From Kondoa subrosea (taxonomy: Eukaryota), in assembly GCA_039545335.1 (NCBI GenBank), contig BCIN01000002.1:2820678-2884677 (forward strand): a stretch of 64,000 nt of DNA, in the 5' to 3' direction. Below the pieces are notes generated by a model, which saw nothing but the letters and a program-made list of their open reading frames with translations, was not told the DNA's origin and did not search any database. This document shows positions 38,005-50,265 of the stretch, one piece after another; positions within the stretch are counted from its first letter, which is position 1, and each line of letters opens with the position of its first letter. The position numbers were made by a program, and so were the translations under genes.

Positions 38005-38567
38005 GATGGACTAGATGCGAGTGTAGATGACAATAGGCTTGGGTTGCTCAATTCGGCGGTGCCCTGCATAAATCAAAGTCCGCATGAATAAGTATTTGGC
38101 TTCTCGTAATGCAGATAAGGACGGACAGATAGAAGACGTTCTATTCGCCTCTGCTTGACTTCAGATGAGGCGAAAGCGATGGTTAAGAGAAGACCTGGCT
38201 CAACGTAGCTTGCACTGGAACGCTTGAGAAGATGTCTTCCTGTGGCTCTTTACTGTTGCCATCTCCTACTGCACACAATTACATTATAGCTGTTGCTGTG
38301 TTTTACTGTTCCCTGAGTGCTTCGCTCACCCAGTGTACTGCTTGATCACATTTACGTAGTATTATATCTGTTCTTTGCCCTGTCTTTATCTGCTTGTCTT
38401 TCTAATACAACGAACAGATCGCCACTGCATTTCGCGGTGTGTTGTATCTTTCCTCTGTTTGCCAGACTGCGATAAGCCGATAAGCTGCTGTTCCGGTCCA
38501 TCGCTTTATTCTTTCGTTGTCTTCTCCTCTTATAATTTCTATCTTTCCTCAATCGCGTGGTCTCACT

Positions 38568-39903
38568 ATGTTCACACAAGCCAAGAAAGCAGACGAAAAG
38601 CCCAAGCAGCGAAATGATAATCCTTTCGGCGATGATCTGCCTTCGTTCTGGTCTCAACATTTGCCTGCTGTACGTTTAGCCCCATGCGATATATTCATAC
38701 TGATGACGAGATAGTGCGAGAACTACGAAAAGTGCCGCCAAAGAGAAGATATTGGTAAACGATTCAAGGTCAAGGCTCTCGCTCTTGCGCTGGAGTATCT
38801 CGCTCATTGAATTCAGATTTGTTCACGCTGTCATGGGGCTCGCTATTGTTCGGCTGAATGCCAAAGTAAGTTTATGGCAATGCGACAACGCTCATGTATG
38901 TGATTTAAGCAATGGACTCGCAGAAGCAACTTGGCCGAAGCACCGTGAAGATTGCAACAAGAATAAGAGGGCTATAGATATCTGCCAGGAAATGGATGCT
39001 GATCCAAAGCGAGCATACCGCTCTCGTGTTCCAGGCCTTTCTTTGGAACAAGAAGGGATCCTGCTCTCTAATTGGGGTAACGCTTATGAAGTCGGTTCAA
39101 CGCATTCAATGTCTTCGTCTAGCTGATAGTGATTTTTTCCTTTGCAAAAGCCATTATTACTTAACATTTGCATTCAGAAGCTTCAACTCTATCTGCAACC
39201 TCAACCTGTTCCTGAAGAGGCTTACATTCGCAAAGTGGTTCTGGTCTTTCTCAAGCTACGAGATGGAAGCGATGTGACCAAGTTGAAAGCGCGAAATGCC
39301 TGTTACATTGAAAAGGTTGAAGTGGTCGATGTTGATGAATTCTTTCGCAAGTGGTGCGCTGGTCCTGGTACAAGTTATCTGCGTCAATATCACCTGGATC
39401 GACATGTCAAAAGCAAAACAGAGAAGAACACGGTTGGAAGTGCACAAGTTGCTATCAAACTAAATACCACTGTCATGCCTTGTCTGTGACGTTCTGAATT
39501 TTTCGCTCCAGTCTGCTGACACACTGCTCAGATGTTGTTAGAATCCCAGATGATATACCCGGTACGGCAGCTCAGGACAACTGGCTGAAAATGTTTCAAG
39601 ATTTGGGTGTGTGCATTATCTTATCGGCTCAAGATTCGAATCCTCAATCAAATACACAGTACTCACTGGAAAAGGCATGCAAGGAATGAAGGACTTGAAT
39701 TGGAGACCTCAGGCAAATCAGGATAGCGAGGTCGACCGTTTCATTGATTTCATCGCTGGTCAGTGCAGCGTCAATTATGTTGTTGACTTTTTGGTTGATC
39801 ATCTTACTTATTCTCAGCTGTGGAGAAAAGCGATTCGGACTTTGCCAAAATCATCAAAAGTACATGGAAGCCAAAAAGTACAGACACTGCAAATCTCGAT
39901 TAG
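38568..39903 (+). CDS. Protein with N-terminal MYND-type zinc finger
   Basis: Spliced CENYEKC...ICSRCHGARYCSAECQ..WPKHREDC. The downstream exons close in frame at TAG 39901-39903. Confidence 0.75.
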
Positions 39904-40635
39904 AGGGGATCCATCAGAATATGCCATTCATTTCCCATGCTTGCATCCACATGTCGCTCGTTCGGGGCAAATGATCGAAATACTACCAAAACCAGCGTTA
40001 GGTCCGCAAAACACCGAATGTACCATGCAGTGTACTATGTACAGATAATTCTGCTTTTTGTTCGTGTGCATTCGGTCATGCGTGCAGAGGAGCTGCAACT
40101 GAAGTGTAACATAGGCTGCATTCTGACATCAAGCTGCTATCTCGCAGCCGGACAGGGTGTATAGCATGAATCATAACGTATTTTGCTCTGCCGTAGCAAG
40201 GTAGCACAGCGAGCACGGAAACAAAAGCAGCGCAAGGTAATATATTGGATACAGCGCGCTTGAACGAGCTTTCCTTGAAAAGATCATGGCGCGTTCAGTC
40301 CACGAGAAAGTACCAAGACTCCGAGAGTGATAGAGACGCAAAACAATCTCAGCAAATACACAGAGCAATGCACGCATGCTACAATTGAGATTGACAGAGA
40401 GAATCAGATGGGAACACAGGATAACAGGACAGAAAGTGATTGTCTTCGCTCGACTGATGCTGCGGGCAGCACTCGGACGGCGGATCTCATCGTATGCTTC
40501 ATGGCGTTGCGACTCAGTGCACGGAACAGCTGTAGCTGATGTGACATTGATGTGACGATGCTGCTCCAGACTCGCTGTTCGAAACATAATGTACAGTTCT
40601 GAGGAAACAGCGACTCGTCCAAAAATCCTTACATA

Positions 40636-41145
40636 ATGGCAGGCGGAGGAGAGCATCACTTCCGTGAGTATATAGCTGCATGCGGCAGCCCACAGCTAAC
40701 GTATATTTGCTTCAGACCCGGTGAAAGTAAGCAAACAGATGTATGGTGCTGAATTACAAGCTCATTGCAATGTAGCTGGACTCGGCTGTGGAGAGATGGG
40801 CTGCTATGGTCTGCTCTACTCCATGCTGCTTCATTCAAACGCTGACGCTGCCTGCAGAGGGAAAACGTCTGTATGCTTTCGTTAGCCTTGTGCGACTCAG
40901 GCTTCGCTTAGCTGGACTACTGGACAGATACTACCTTCAAGTTCACACCAAAGACAACGAGAACCGTACTAGCGCTGGGCGTAGCTGTACCTGCAGTGGT
41001 TTACTACTTTGCGAAAGATCATCAGATGAAATGGGATTGGGCAGGCAAGAGGAGAGACGAGAGTCTGTACAGGGGTGCGTACCAAGCCTCTGTTATATTT
41101 CACTGCTTATACTCCTCTTTCTGCTTCAAAGAAGCTCAACAATAG
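40636..41145 (+). CDS. NDUFB4: NADH:ubiquinone oxidoreductase accessory subunit B15 (NDUFB4/NB5M), six exons
   Basis: Exons 40636-40663, 40716-40726, 40776-40808, 40858-40870, 40928-41074 and 41132-41145. Protein: MAGGGEHHFHPVKLDSAVERWAAMRENVYTTFKFTPKTTRTVLALGVAVPAVVYYFAKDHQMKWDWAGKRRDESLYREAQQ*. Confidence 0.85.
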
Positions 41146-41437
41146 CTGCATCAGATTATTGCATTGGATCATTTGTAACTGTACTCTGCCGCCAATTCTG
41201 CTTTCTAGGGTAGCACCATGCTCCTATCGATACGAGCTGCGGCTTACACAAGTCTAGCTGGTCCGGACCTCTAACTGCTCGTGACATGCGAAGTCAGCCG
41301 ATTCTTTAGAGCCGGTCGTGAATCCTTTCTTCCTTTGTGCAATTCTGAATCACTTCCAACGGATTTTCTCAATCGACTCTTGCTCTACTCTTGTCCTTGT
41401 TCTCCATCTCTTCTCTTCTCTTACCATACACATACAT

Positions 41438-42652
41438 ATGATGGATGCTGAATTCAATATCTTACAGATGGCTGCGAAATTAGAATACGATGTTCGTATT
41501 CCCTCTCGAAGAACATTGCCAGCTCATGGTGCTGCAGATGAAGAACCTCAGCTGCAATTCGTTGCACCAATTGAATGCGAAAAGAGAAAAGGTTCACGAG
41601 GAATTGACGCAGGAAGAAACGCTTAGAAAGCACCCTAAAGCGGGTTGTTTTCTTGTCAATTCGTCTTGAAGATCTCTGAAATAGTATAAAACAGGATGCT
41701 CTGGTTATCAAGCAATTCATCGAAATCACGTCCTGGTCAGGCTTTTTGAATGCACTTCGAGCGCACATACAAATGCAGGTAAGTAACTGTGATTGTAGTC
41801 CCGTACCTCATCTGACAGACATAATGATAGTACACGGTCTGCTTGGAGAGACCATTGGATTCTATCATCCGCAGTCAATACCTACTAGATAAAGGAAATT
41901 GCCACCTTTTTCTCGAGCAAGTAGCCAATGAACATGGTGTGTTGAAATTTGTTCATCGACCCGAAGTCTGGAACCTGGTGGGATTGCTTGCACAAAGCAA
42001 AGACTGAGCTTACATCTTTTGCAGATGCAGAGATGGAAAAGCTATGGTGGAAAGATCGCCAGGTCTGGCGCAAAGAAGGTTATTGCCGCATTCCCTCTGC
42101 TGTTTTGCCTATCCTCAGGATTCATTTAGGAAGCCATAACGGAGTATGGCGCTCTTACAGAGGAACTGAGCAACTTAGCCAAGGAAGCCAAAATCACCGG
42201 TGGTTTCCAAGACGTACGTTACACCAGTGTCTAGGCTTCGTCGAAATCTCATGCATTAATGCAGATCAATTTATTGGCCACTCTGGTTGGTTGTTTCTGG
42301 CTTGTAGAGCTGGACATTACTGATACGATGTCGACAGTTGCTTACTATGGCAGACTGGGAGCCTTCAAAGCAGTGTAAGTGATTACATTCAGCCCGAAGA
42401 TGTACCCTAGTACGGCAAAACTAACGAAGGATATTGACAGCAACGACTGCATCTGTAACGGCTACACCTATGCCTTACCCAGCGGTTCCCTATAATTCCG
42501 CCCCTCCTGTTCATCCATATCAGCATGGACCTATGATGGCGCCTGGAACAGCAAGCACAAGCAACAGGTCTTACTATTCACCTCGTATCTTTACTCTAAA
42601 CCCTGGTGCTCCCTCGAATGCTCCTGGCCAGCAACACTATGGCCGCCATTGA
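41438..42652 (+). CDS. Uncharacterised multi-exon protein with Pro/His/Tyr-rich tail
   Basis: The exon chain closes in frame (DALVIKQF..|YTVCLERP..|MQRWK..|EAITEY..ITGGFQD|INLLATL..). One junction needs a GC donor. Confidence 0.5.
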
Positions 42653-43515
42653 GAAGAATCTATCGCATGCTTGTATATTTTTCTTCCTGAATCTATTGAT
42701 GTGTTAGACCCGTGCTGCTCGAGCCTGTATTAGATGACAGATCTTGAATTCGCTTGGGTATGTCTTGTCGAAGAATTGAAAGCTGTCTTATCTGTATCTG
42801 TTCTATGTTTCGGTTCTATATACTCAAGGTACTCTCTTCTGACTATTGCCATACATTCTCAGCATTCCTTGCCGTTAAAAAGTTTCATCAAAATCTTCCA
42901 CGGAAAATTGGCTTTCTTGTTTCTACCTATGCATGATTACACTGACATTCCATTCCCTCTGTGCTTCTGTACAACGCATCGGGGACTCATTTGTCTTGGA
43001 TATCTGACGCAAAGTGATCGAGCCGTGCATGATCGCAAGTAGTCCAGGTAGAAGAAGCGCCATCAGATTCTGCTGGATTTGGCTGCCTGGGTACGTTCAC
43101 TCCTAATATGGCCTGGCACCTGCAGTCTTCTTAAGAGAACGCACGGGTCCAGGTTGAGTTCAGCAGGAGCGATAAGTCAAGAAAATACAAGAATGCGGAG
43201 GAAAGGAAGGGTGCAAACGAGGGCAACACTTCTGCAGAGTGAGGGAGAGAATGGAGGGTTATGTGGCATGCGAAAGGAATTAAGCATTGACAGTCTCATG
43301 TGAAGTTGCATGAAGATCTCCAGAACAGCTTGTTTCCTGTTATGTAGCTCTCTTTATCACGACTAAGAAGCACGTTTCAGTACCAGTATACTTGCTTGTT
43401 GAAGACTGAACGAGCTTCGAGCTTGCGCGTTTTCGCTTCGTCATACTCAAACCACCGTCTGCTCACTCCCAGACGAGTCTGCGATACACCTTGATATCCT
43501 GAGTAGCAATTCAAA

Positions 43516-44751
43516 ATGGTCTTGGAAGCATGCATCCTCATAACAGACAACTCATCTTTCGCACTGAATGGCGATTACACGCCAACTCGCTACGGCGCTC
43601 AAGCGGATGCAGCTCAAATCATCTTCAACGCAAAGACAGGCAGTAATCCTGAGTCTGTAGTAGGCCTGATGACCAACGCAGGCAAGAATGGTCCTTCAGT
43701 CTTAGTCAACCTAACTCAAGAGCAAACCAAAGTTCAAGCTGCTTTGCACGATTTACAGCATAACCTAGGTGGAGAATGCGTGGATATCGCTACTTCTGTT
43801 CAAATAGCTCAACTTTGTCTCAAACATCGAGCAAACAAGAATCAGCGTCAGCGCATCATCCTTTTCGTTGGTTCGCCCTTGGATCTGACTAAACCTGACA
43901 ATGCTGCTACGGCTCTTACTAAGCTAGGCAAGAAACTCAAGAAGAACAACGTAGCTTTGGATGTGGTTTCGTTTGGTGAAATTGACGAGAACGCTCAATT
44001 GTTGGCTTCATTGGTCGAAAGCGTCAACTCATCCGAAAACTCTCACTTACTGACTATCCCTCCTTCTAATGATATCTTACTATCGGATGCTATCCTTTCT
44101 TCTTCTATTCTCATCGATCCGGAAAGTGGTGCTCAACCTTCTTCGAGCGGAGCAGGAGGTGCAAGTGCCGGAGCAGATGGAGAAATTGATCCTAACCTCG
44201 ATCCAGAGTTAGCAATGGTATATCCTCAGTTTGTCCAATCTATTGCTTTATGCTCATTCGAAAATAGGCCCTCAGAATGTCATTGGAAGACGAAAGAGCT
44301 CGTCAAGCTGCTTCTTCCTCTTCTTCTACTACTACCGAAGCAGCAACCTCAACTTCTTCCGAGACTGCTCCTCTTCTTTCTACTGCTGAAGAATCAACAC
44401 CTTCTGTTCCGGCGGTATCACCATTAGACAGCATGACTGAATTAGCAGCCAATTCACCAATGACTGGAATCACTTCCTCTGCCACCACGCAAACGGGTCA
44501 AGAAGTTGAGGATGTGGAAATTGATGAGGATGATGCGGATGAAGATGAGGAATTGGCTAGAGCTTTGGCTATGAGTCGTGGTGAAGAAGATGTGGACATG
44601 AGTGAGGCGAATGCTGAAGATGATGAGGTTCGTTTGTCTTGCTACAAATTGAGAGAGGTCGTGCTGATGATCTGTTATGTAGGAGGAAGAGATTCGTAGA
44701 GCTATTGCTATGAGTTTGCAAGGGGACGTGGAAGAGAAGGAGAAGAAGTAG
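43516..44751 (+). CDS. RPN10: 26S proteasome ubiquitin receptor Rpn10
   Basis: vWA domain MVLEA..DNS..NGDYTPTR and LKHRANKNQRQRIILFVGSP; UIMs DPNLDPELAM|ALRMSLEDE, EELARALAMS and EEIRRAIAMSL. Confidence 0.97.
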
Positions 44752-44985
44752 ATTGAGTGGGCAAAGAGGCAGAAGAACCATAGAATCAATGCATCTCACA
44801 TTGTTTTCTTTGAATTACCGTTCGTATGCTGCTAAAAAGCTCGCAATGCGAGCGAATATGGCATCCCAATAGACGTCCTAGAGTAGATATGACTGATCTA
44901 TATGAATGGGGATGGAATGCAATCGTGACGAATGCTAGTACACTGAAATGTCCTTGATCCATGCAAATGGATGACTGAGCGATTC

Positions 44986-46790
44986 TCAATAGTATGCATA
45001 TGGATTTGGCATATGTGCAGATGGGTTCATGTTGTGGCGAGGACCCAAACCTGCCGCACCGCCAGTAGGAGTATTTGGGACCTGCATGTTGTGATGAATA
45101 GCCGGTACCGTAACATAAGATGAATGATAATGTCCTGTAAACACAGGACACACGTCTTGAGGGTGCGATGGATATTGCGGAATGCCAGAGGTTCTGGTAG
45201 AAGCAGAAGGCTGCTTTGGAGCCTTCTGTACCGGTAAATCTTGCTTGGAAACGTGCTCTAATTCTGTGATTCATCGCGATTAGACAACCGCAACAGAATA
45301 CAAGCATACATACTGTCCAGTCTCTTGGCGCTGTCGTACATTACTTCTGTCTGAAGACATGGCTTCTCAGCTCATCACACCTTGTTAGTGCTCAAAAGGC
45401 TCACCAATCGATAGAGCTCATCAATCTAACGGAGATGTCAGCTATGGATACGCTATGTTTTGTCAGACTGGTAACATACACTCGTGAAGTCGCCTGTGAT
45501 AGGAATTGGGGCCCTGCCTATCAATTCTCGAAGTTCTTCCTTCTCGTCGCGAAATTCCTTTTGCTTCCTTTGAAGCTCCTGAAGACACTTTGAGTAATGT
45601 TGACTAGCATTTCAAAATCATATATAATACCTCTTCCGCGTTGCCGCCGCGGTCTCGAACAGCCAGCATGTTGGCGACGTCTTGCTTCAACAGGCGCAAA
45701 TTGGAAACCTGTGCAATTTCAACAATTCAATCGAGTTCGCGGCATTCATGATACACATGAGCAGGCTCACCAAAACATTCGGACGTTTCAAGCGCCGGAA
45801 CTCTGTGACACCATGTGAGGAACTGACTTCGGTCAAAAATTCAAGAAAGGCTTTTTCCATTGAAATGCATCGACTTCGAGCGGTCGAACTTGCAGGATGC
45901 TCCATAGAGACCGCAAACTGCACATGTTACCAAGGTAACATATCTTTTTCTTTTGGAATGCTCACCTCCTCCTTCAAGTACTTCTCAACTTCAGATAGAC
46001 AGGATGACATAGCCAAGCGTTTGATGCATTCGAAAAGTCGGACAATGTGTCCAGGCTGATTCAGATCAGGGTAAGCTTTAGTTAGCGCGACATAAGGAAA
46101 TCCGTACTTGCTGTTTCCAGAATTCGAGCGGTACTACAGCATATTCAGTCTTGGCGCTGTTCGCGACCTTGACTTCAATCTCCCTTTGAGGTACCTTGAG
46201 AGCTGGCAATATGTTTCCTTGATTCCATTTGAGAGCTTTCCCTTTTTTGATGGCCGCGGATGGCTTTCTCGATCTTCAGAAAAGGCACGATCAAGTTGGA
46301 TTCAAATGATACTCACATAGCCGCTCAGACCATTCTCGCGCGATTTGGCCGCCAGCATTGCGGGAAAGTTGACACGGAGATAGTCGAGAGCCAGGCAATC
46401 CTCGATCTGAACATCACGTAAGCACGACATCATGAGAGTAAAGTACAGTAGCCCTCACGTTCTGGGCCATCTGATGTAATGTCAAGTTTCAGTCAGCTTA
46501 TAACTCTGGACCATCTGAAACTGGCTTACTTTCGTCCTTGCTCTGAGTTTGTTCAAGTTACTTTCATTGGCCAACTTGACCAATCTATCACGCAGAATCT
46601 CGCGTTCCTTGAAGACTTCTTGCAAGTTTGCTTCACTGAAGTTGGGGCTCATGATGCCTAAAATCTAAACAGGAAAAGTGAGAGTCCGATCGTGCTGGGG
46701 ACGAGATATATTACTGACTCGGGCTTCGACTATCTTCGTTTCGTTGAAGTATTTCTCCAGGTGATCGAGGTCATCTATCAAAGTTAGCAT
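44986..46790 (-). CDS. Uncharacterised multi-exon protein with Pro/His/Tyr-rich tail; start not defined
   Basis: In-frame exon chain (DDLDHLEKYF..|ILGIMSPNF..|IEDCLALDY..|..ITGDFTS|IDELYRL|..MPNPYAYY*). Confidence 0.5.
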
Positions 46791-47667
46791 GCTGAGAAGA
46801 GGAAAGAGATGGATATGAGAGCAAGAAGATGACTGGGAACAATAGTTCAGTGGAATGATGGTTCAGGACAAGGAGAGAAGACCTCAAATAGGCAAGCGGA
46901 CAAAGGGAGTTTCATGATTTGACAAGACTGGTCACCTATAGTCAGCATCGGATGAGTAGGTTTTCCAGTAATTGACAGCTGCTATGAGTCTGGCACCAAC
47001 CAAGTGTCGAGGGGATCAGACTACGTTTAAGAATGGGCTATGCAAACATTCTGTCATCTTCGCAAACAAAAGAGATCAAAGGGCGAAGAAACGATATGAA
47101 GCAAGCGCTGAGAACAGCTGCAAAGTAGTCATGTAGCAGAGAAATAATGCAGGGCACCGAATGATCATGAAGGAAAGACAAATTACTTTTCAGCGAGTTT
47201 GCCAGTGGTGATCACTGAAATTGAAAGAAAAGACCTCCGTTGAGAGCTCAGAGCTAACACAGAGTTAACTTACCTGCAGTTACAGTAATCCTAGCTGAGA
47301 TGCTACAGAAGCTCGAGCGCATCATCCGCATCGTTGCTCTATAGCTATAGAGTAAGCAAATGCAATTTTCGTCTGTCGCGCCGTGAAACGTGAATTAAGC
47401 GTGATCTACTCTACTTACCCCTCGAGATCTGGTCTGCAGTTGAACTCGAAGGCGCCCCGATATTTGTATGACGCTCCCCGGAATTCACTCGGCTATCGTG
47501 CTATAATTGGGATTTAGGGAGCGCATGATTGCCTGCCGACGAATTCGCTTTTTCCCTCGAGCCCTTTCGCTTACGACGACTCTGGATCGCATATCTCTCG
47601 ATCCCTGGCCCCAAATCTTGCCTTCAAAAGGATCCAAAGCTTAAATTTAAAACTCAATTGGACATCA

Positions 47668-48117
47668 ATGGGAAGTGTAGCGGCTTATGCAGTACCAGCT
47701 GGCGTATTGGGTGCAATCGTTCTCGTTGGCTTAATCTTCTTCTTCGTATGTCAAGAACCTCTTCAGCAGCAACTCCGTTCGCTCATGTCTATGCTTCTTG
47801 ACTGCCCAGTGGTGGTTTCCTAGAACATGGAGGGCAGGCATTAGGGACGATATCGAAGATTTCGGTAGAGGTGGTACCACAGAAGAAGCTCTGGACGCGA
47901 GGGAGGAGAGACGCGCGGTAGCTAGAGGGATCGTGGAAAGAGCTATTGCTAGAGAAAAGGCAATGAAAGAGGGAAGAACATACGATGAAGGTATAGATAG
48001 ATCTCCTTTGATGCCGAACTTGAAGCGAGCTTACGCATTTTCTGCTTTGTAGCTGTCATTCCTGCGGGATACTACGAAGCAAGAGCACAGAAGGGCCAGC
48101 CAGTGGTTGATCTCTAG
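47668..48117 (+). CDS. Small single-pass membrane protein
   Basis: MGSVAAYAVPAGVLGAIVLVGLIFFF|WWFPRTWRAG...ARGIVERAIARE..YDE|AVIPAGYYEARAQKGQPVVDL*. Confidence 0.65.
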
Positions 48118-48429
48118 CGAATGTCTCGGTGCGCAATGTGACAGGTGAGCTGGAATGTTGCCCATAAGCTTCATTGCTGATGTTCTCGCTGCAGTGTTTG
48201 TATGTCGTCCGTTATGACTGTAGAGTAAGATGCGGGGTTTTTACATCGATGTGTTGTTCTGTATATAGTCATGCTTTTTAGATGTCGACGCATCAATGTA
48301 TATGATCTTCGTGTCACGCGCTGCTATAATACAGCTGCTGTATGCAAGCAAGAGCATATGTCTGAAATAACAACTGAACTGATATTGATCGTTTTTATAG
48401 CTATCTACAATATGGATGTCCGACGGATT

Positions 48430-50019
48430 CTACCAGTATAAAGCCTCAGGTTTATGGACAGCCTGCGAATCAACATCAGTGTATGAACACAAGAAGAAAG
48501 ATGAATGAGCTCACCTCTTTACCGCTTGTGGAGCTCTTAACTTTCAGACGAGGGTCGCTTTCGCTAGCCTTATATTTCCTCTTGCCCAGCATAGTCTCTG
48601 ATTTCAATACTTCAACGACTTCTCCTTCAGTCATTGATGCGCCTATAAATAACAGAAATCAACCGGCAATCAGTAGACGTTTACGAAGAACTTACCCGAC
48701 TTCCAGTGTACCTTTTGGCCTTGTTCAGGCAATCGATCAGTAGATCCAGGTTGACCATGTTCGCTCTATTACATTTGGTGAGAATGCGTTTCGATTGTAG
48801 AATAGCCAAACGTACTGGTTCAGCTGGAGTTTTGGCAGCAGGTTTGTCGGCAGGAGGTTTGCGAGCACGTTGAGGACTCTTGCGAGTTCCAGCAGAGGCT
48901 TCGCCATTAGTCTTTCTGGACTTCTTTGGTGGTTCACCATCTGAACCATCTTCATAATCAGATTGTTCTTCCTCTGGTTCTTCTTGATCGTCTTCAAGAT
49001 CTTCGTCTTCCAATTGTTGATCAGTGGGTGCAGCTTCCTCTTGCATTGGCTCATCAACCGGCGCTTCTGACTCTTCTGCTGCAGCAGGTTCAGCTTCTTT
49101 TTCGTTTGAAGCTTCAGTTTCCTTCTTTTCATCTGCTGCTCCAGATTCCTCTTGCTTTTCAGCTTGTTCATCGCTGGCTTCTTTGCGAGCTTCTTTTGCT
49201 GCCTCAGTATTGGGTACATGCTGTTGACCAGAAGCTGAGCCTTCCTGTTTAGCAGCATCGGCTGTGGGGGAAGGGAATCAAGTCTTGCTTTGACATCGCT
49301 TGAACGGAGACCTACTAGCTTGCTTTTCTTCGTCGGTCATCTTGTCCCAAGCTGCCTTTGGCAAATATCTTTGTTCGGTGCCATCGGCCTTCATTACCTT
49401 GTGAGATTATATACGCAAGCAAGACGAAGGATGCCTACCTGTTTAGCCGTACCGGAACCATCTAACAATTCGGGGTAAGCCTGACTGCTATATCGTCTTG
49501 AATAATCTTTCCGAGTTGCTCACCCTTTGTTTGCCAGTCCTCCTCACCCCATTTAGACAAGTTCTTTTGATCATCGTCTTTCTTTTCCGATGTATATTCT
49601 CCTCCTTGCTTTTTATATTCTTGTGCTACCCTGTACACCCATAATCCGGTCAGTACCGATTGAGTGAAGCTTTGATTGTAGATGAATGTTTACATTTGAG
49701 CCTACAAGAAGCTCGGATTAGCTAATTAAAACGAACAAGTTGCATCAAGATTACATACTTTACGGGCTGACCATTGACCTGGTTCGCCTCCTTAAGACAG
49801 AAATCGCAGTTAGGTCTCTTATAGAAGCAAGTGCTTGAATTGAGGTTTACCCTTATCACCTTCTTGAATATCTTCCTTGATTTGTTCACGCAATTCAGGG
49901 CTGCGACACAGAAATTAAGAGAGAGTGTGAGCCTCTTTCTTGCGATTTTTGGATTCCGAAATCATGATGCTTTCGAGTAAAAATGCTCACTCAGTGTACT
50001 TGGAGTCGTCCTGAGTCAT
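48430..50019 (-). CDS. DUF5872-like N-terminal domain, acidic linker and HVA1/DUF2945 Tudor-like C-terminal domain
   Basis: KYT|PELREQIKEDIQEGDK|GGEPGQWSARK, EYKKQGGEY, WGEEDWQTK, RYLPKAAWDKM; C-terminal GEVVEVLK..KASESDPRLKVKSSTSGKE|AVHKPEALY. Confidence 0.75.
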
Positions 50020-50265
50020 ATTGTATGATCGTTTGGTATAGTATGTATGAGTCCTAGCTAGGCGAGAGATTCTCAAACGGGTGAAGGAACGGATCATCTC
50101 GAAATCTTACTCAAAATGGAAGTTATCCCGTCACGTGCGCGTGAAATCTACAAATTAGCCTTGATGTCATCCCCCTCAGATCCAATAAGATCTGGAGTAC
50201 AATATAGCATACACAAGCTGCTGTTCGCGTATATCCTTGCATACAGACTCTATTTAACATGTATC

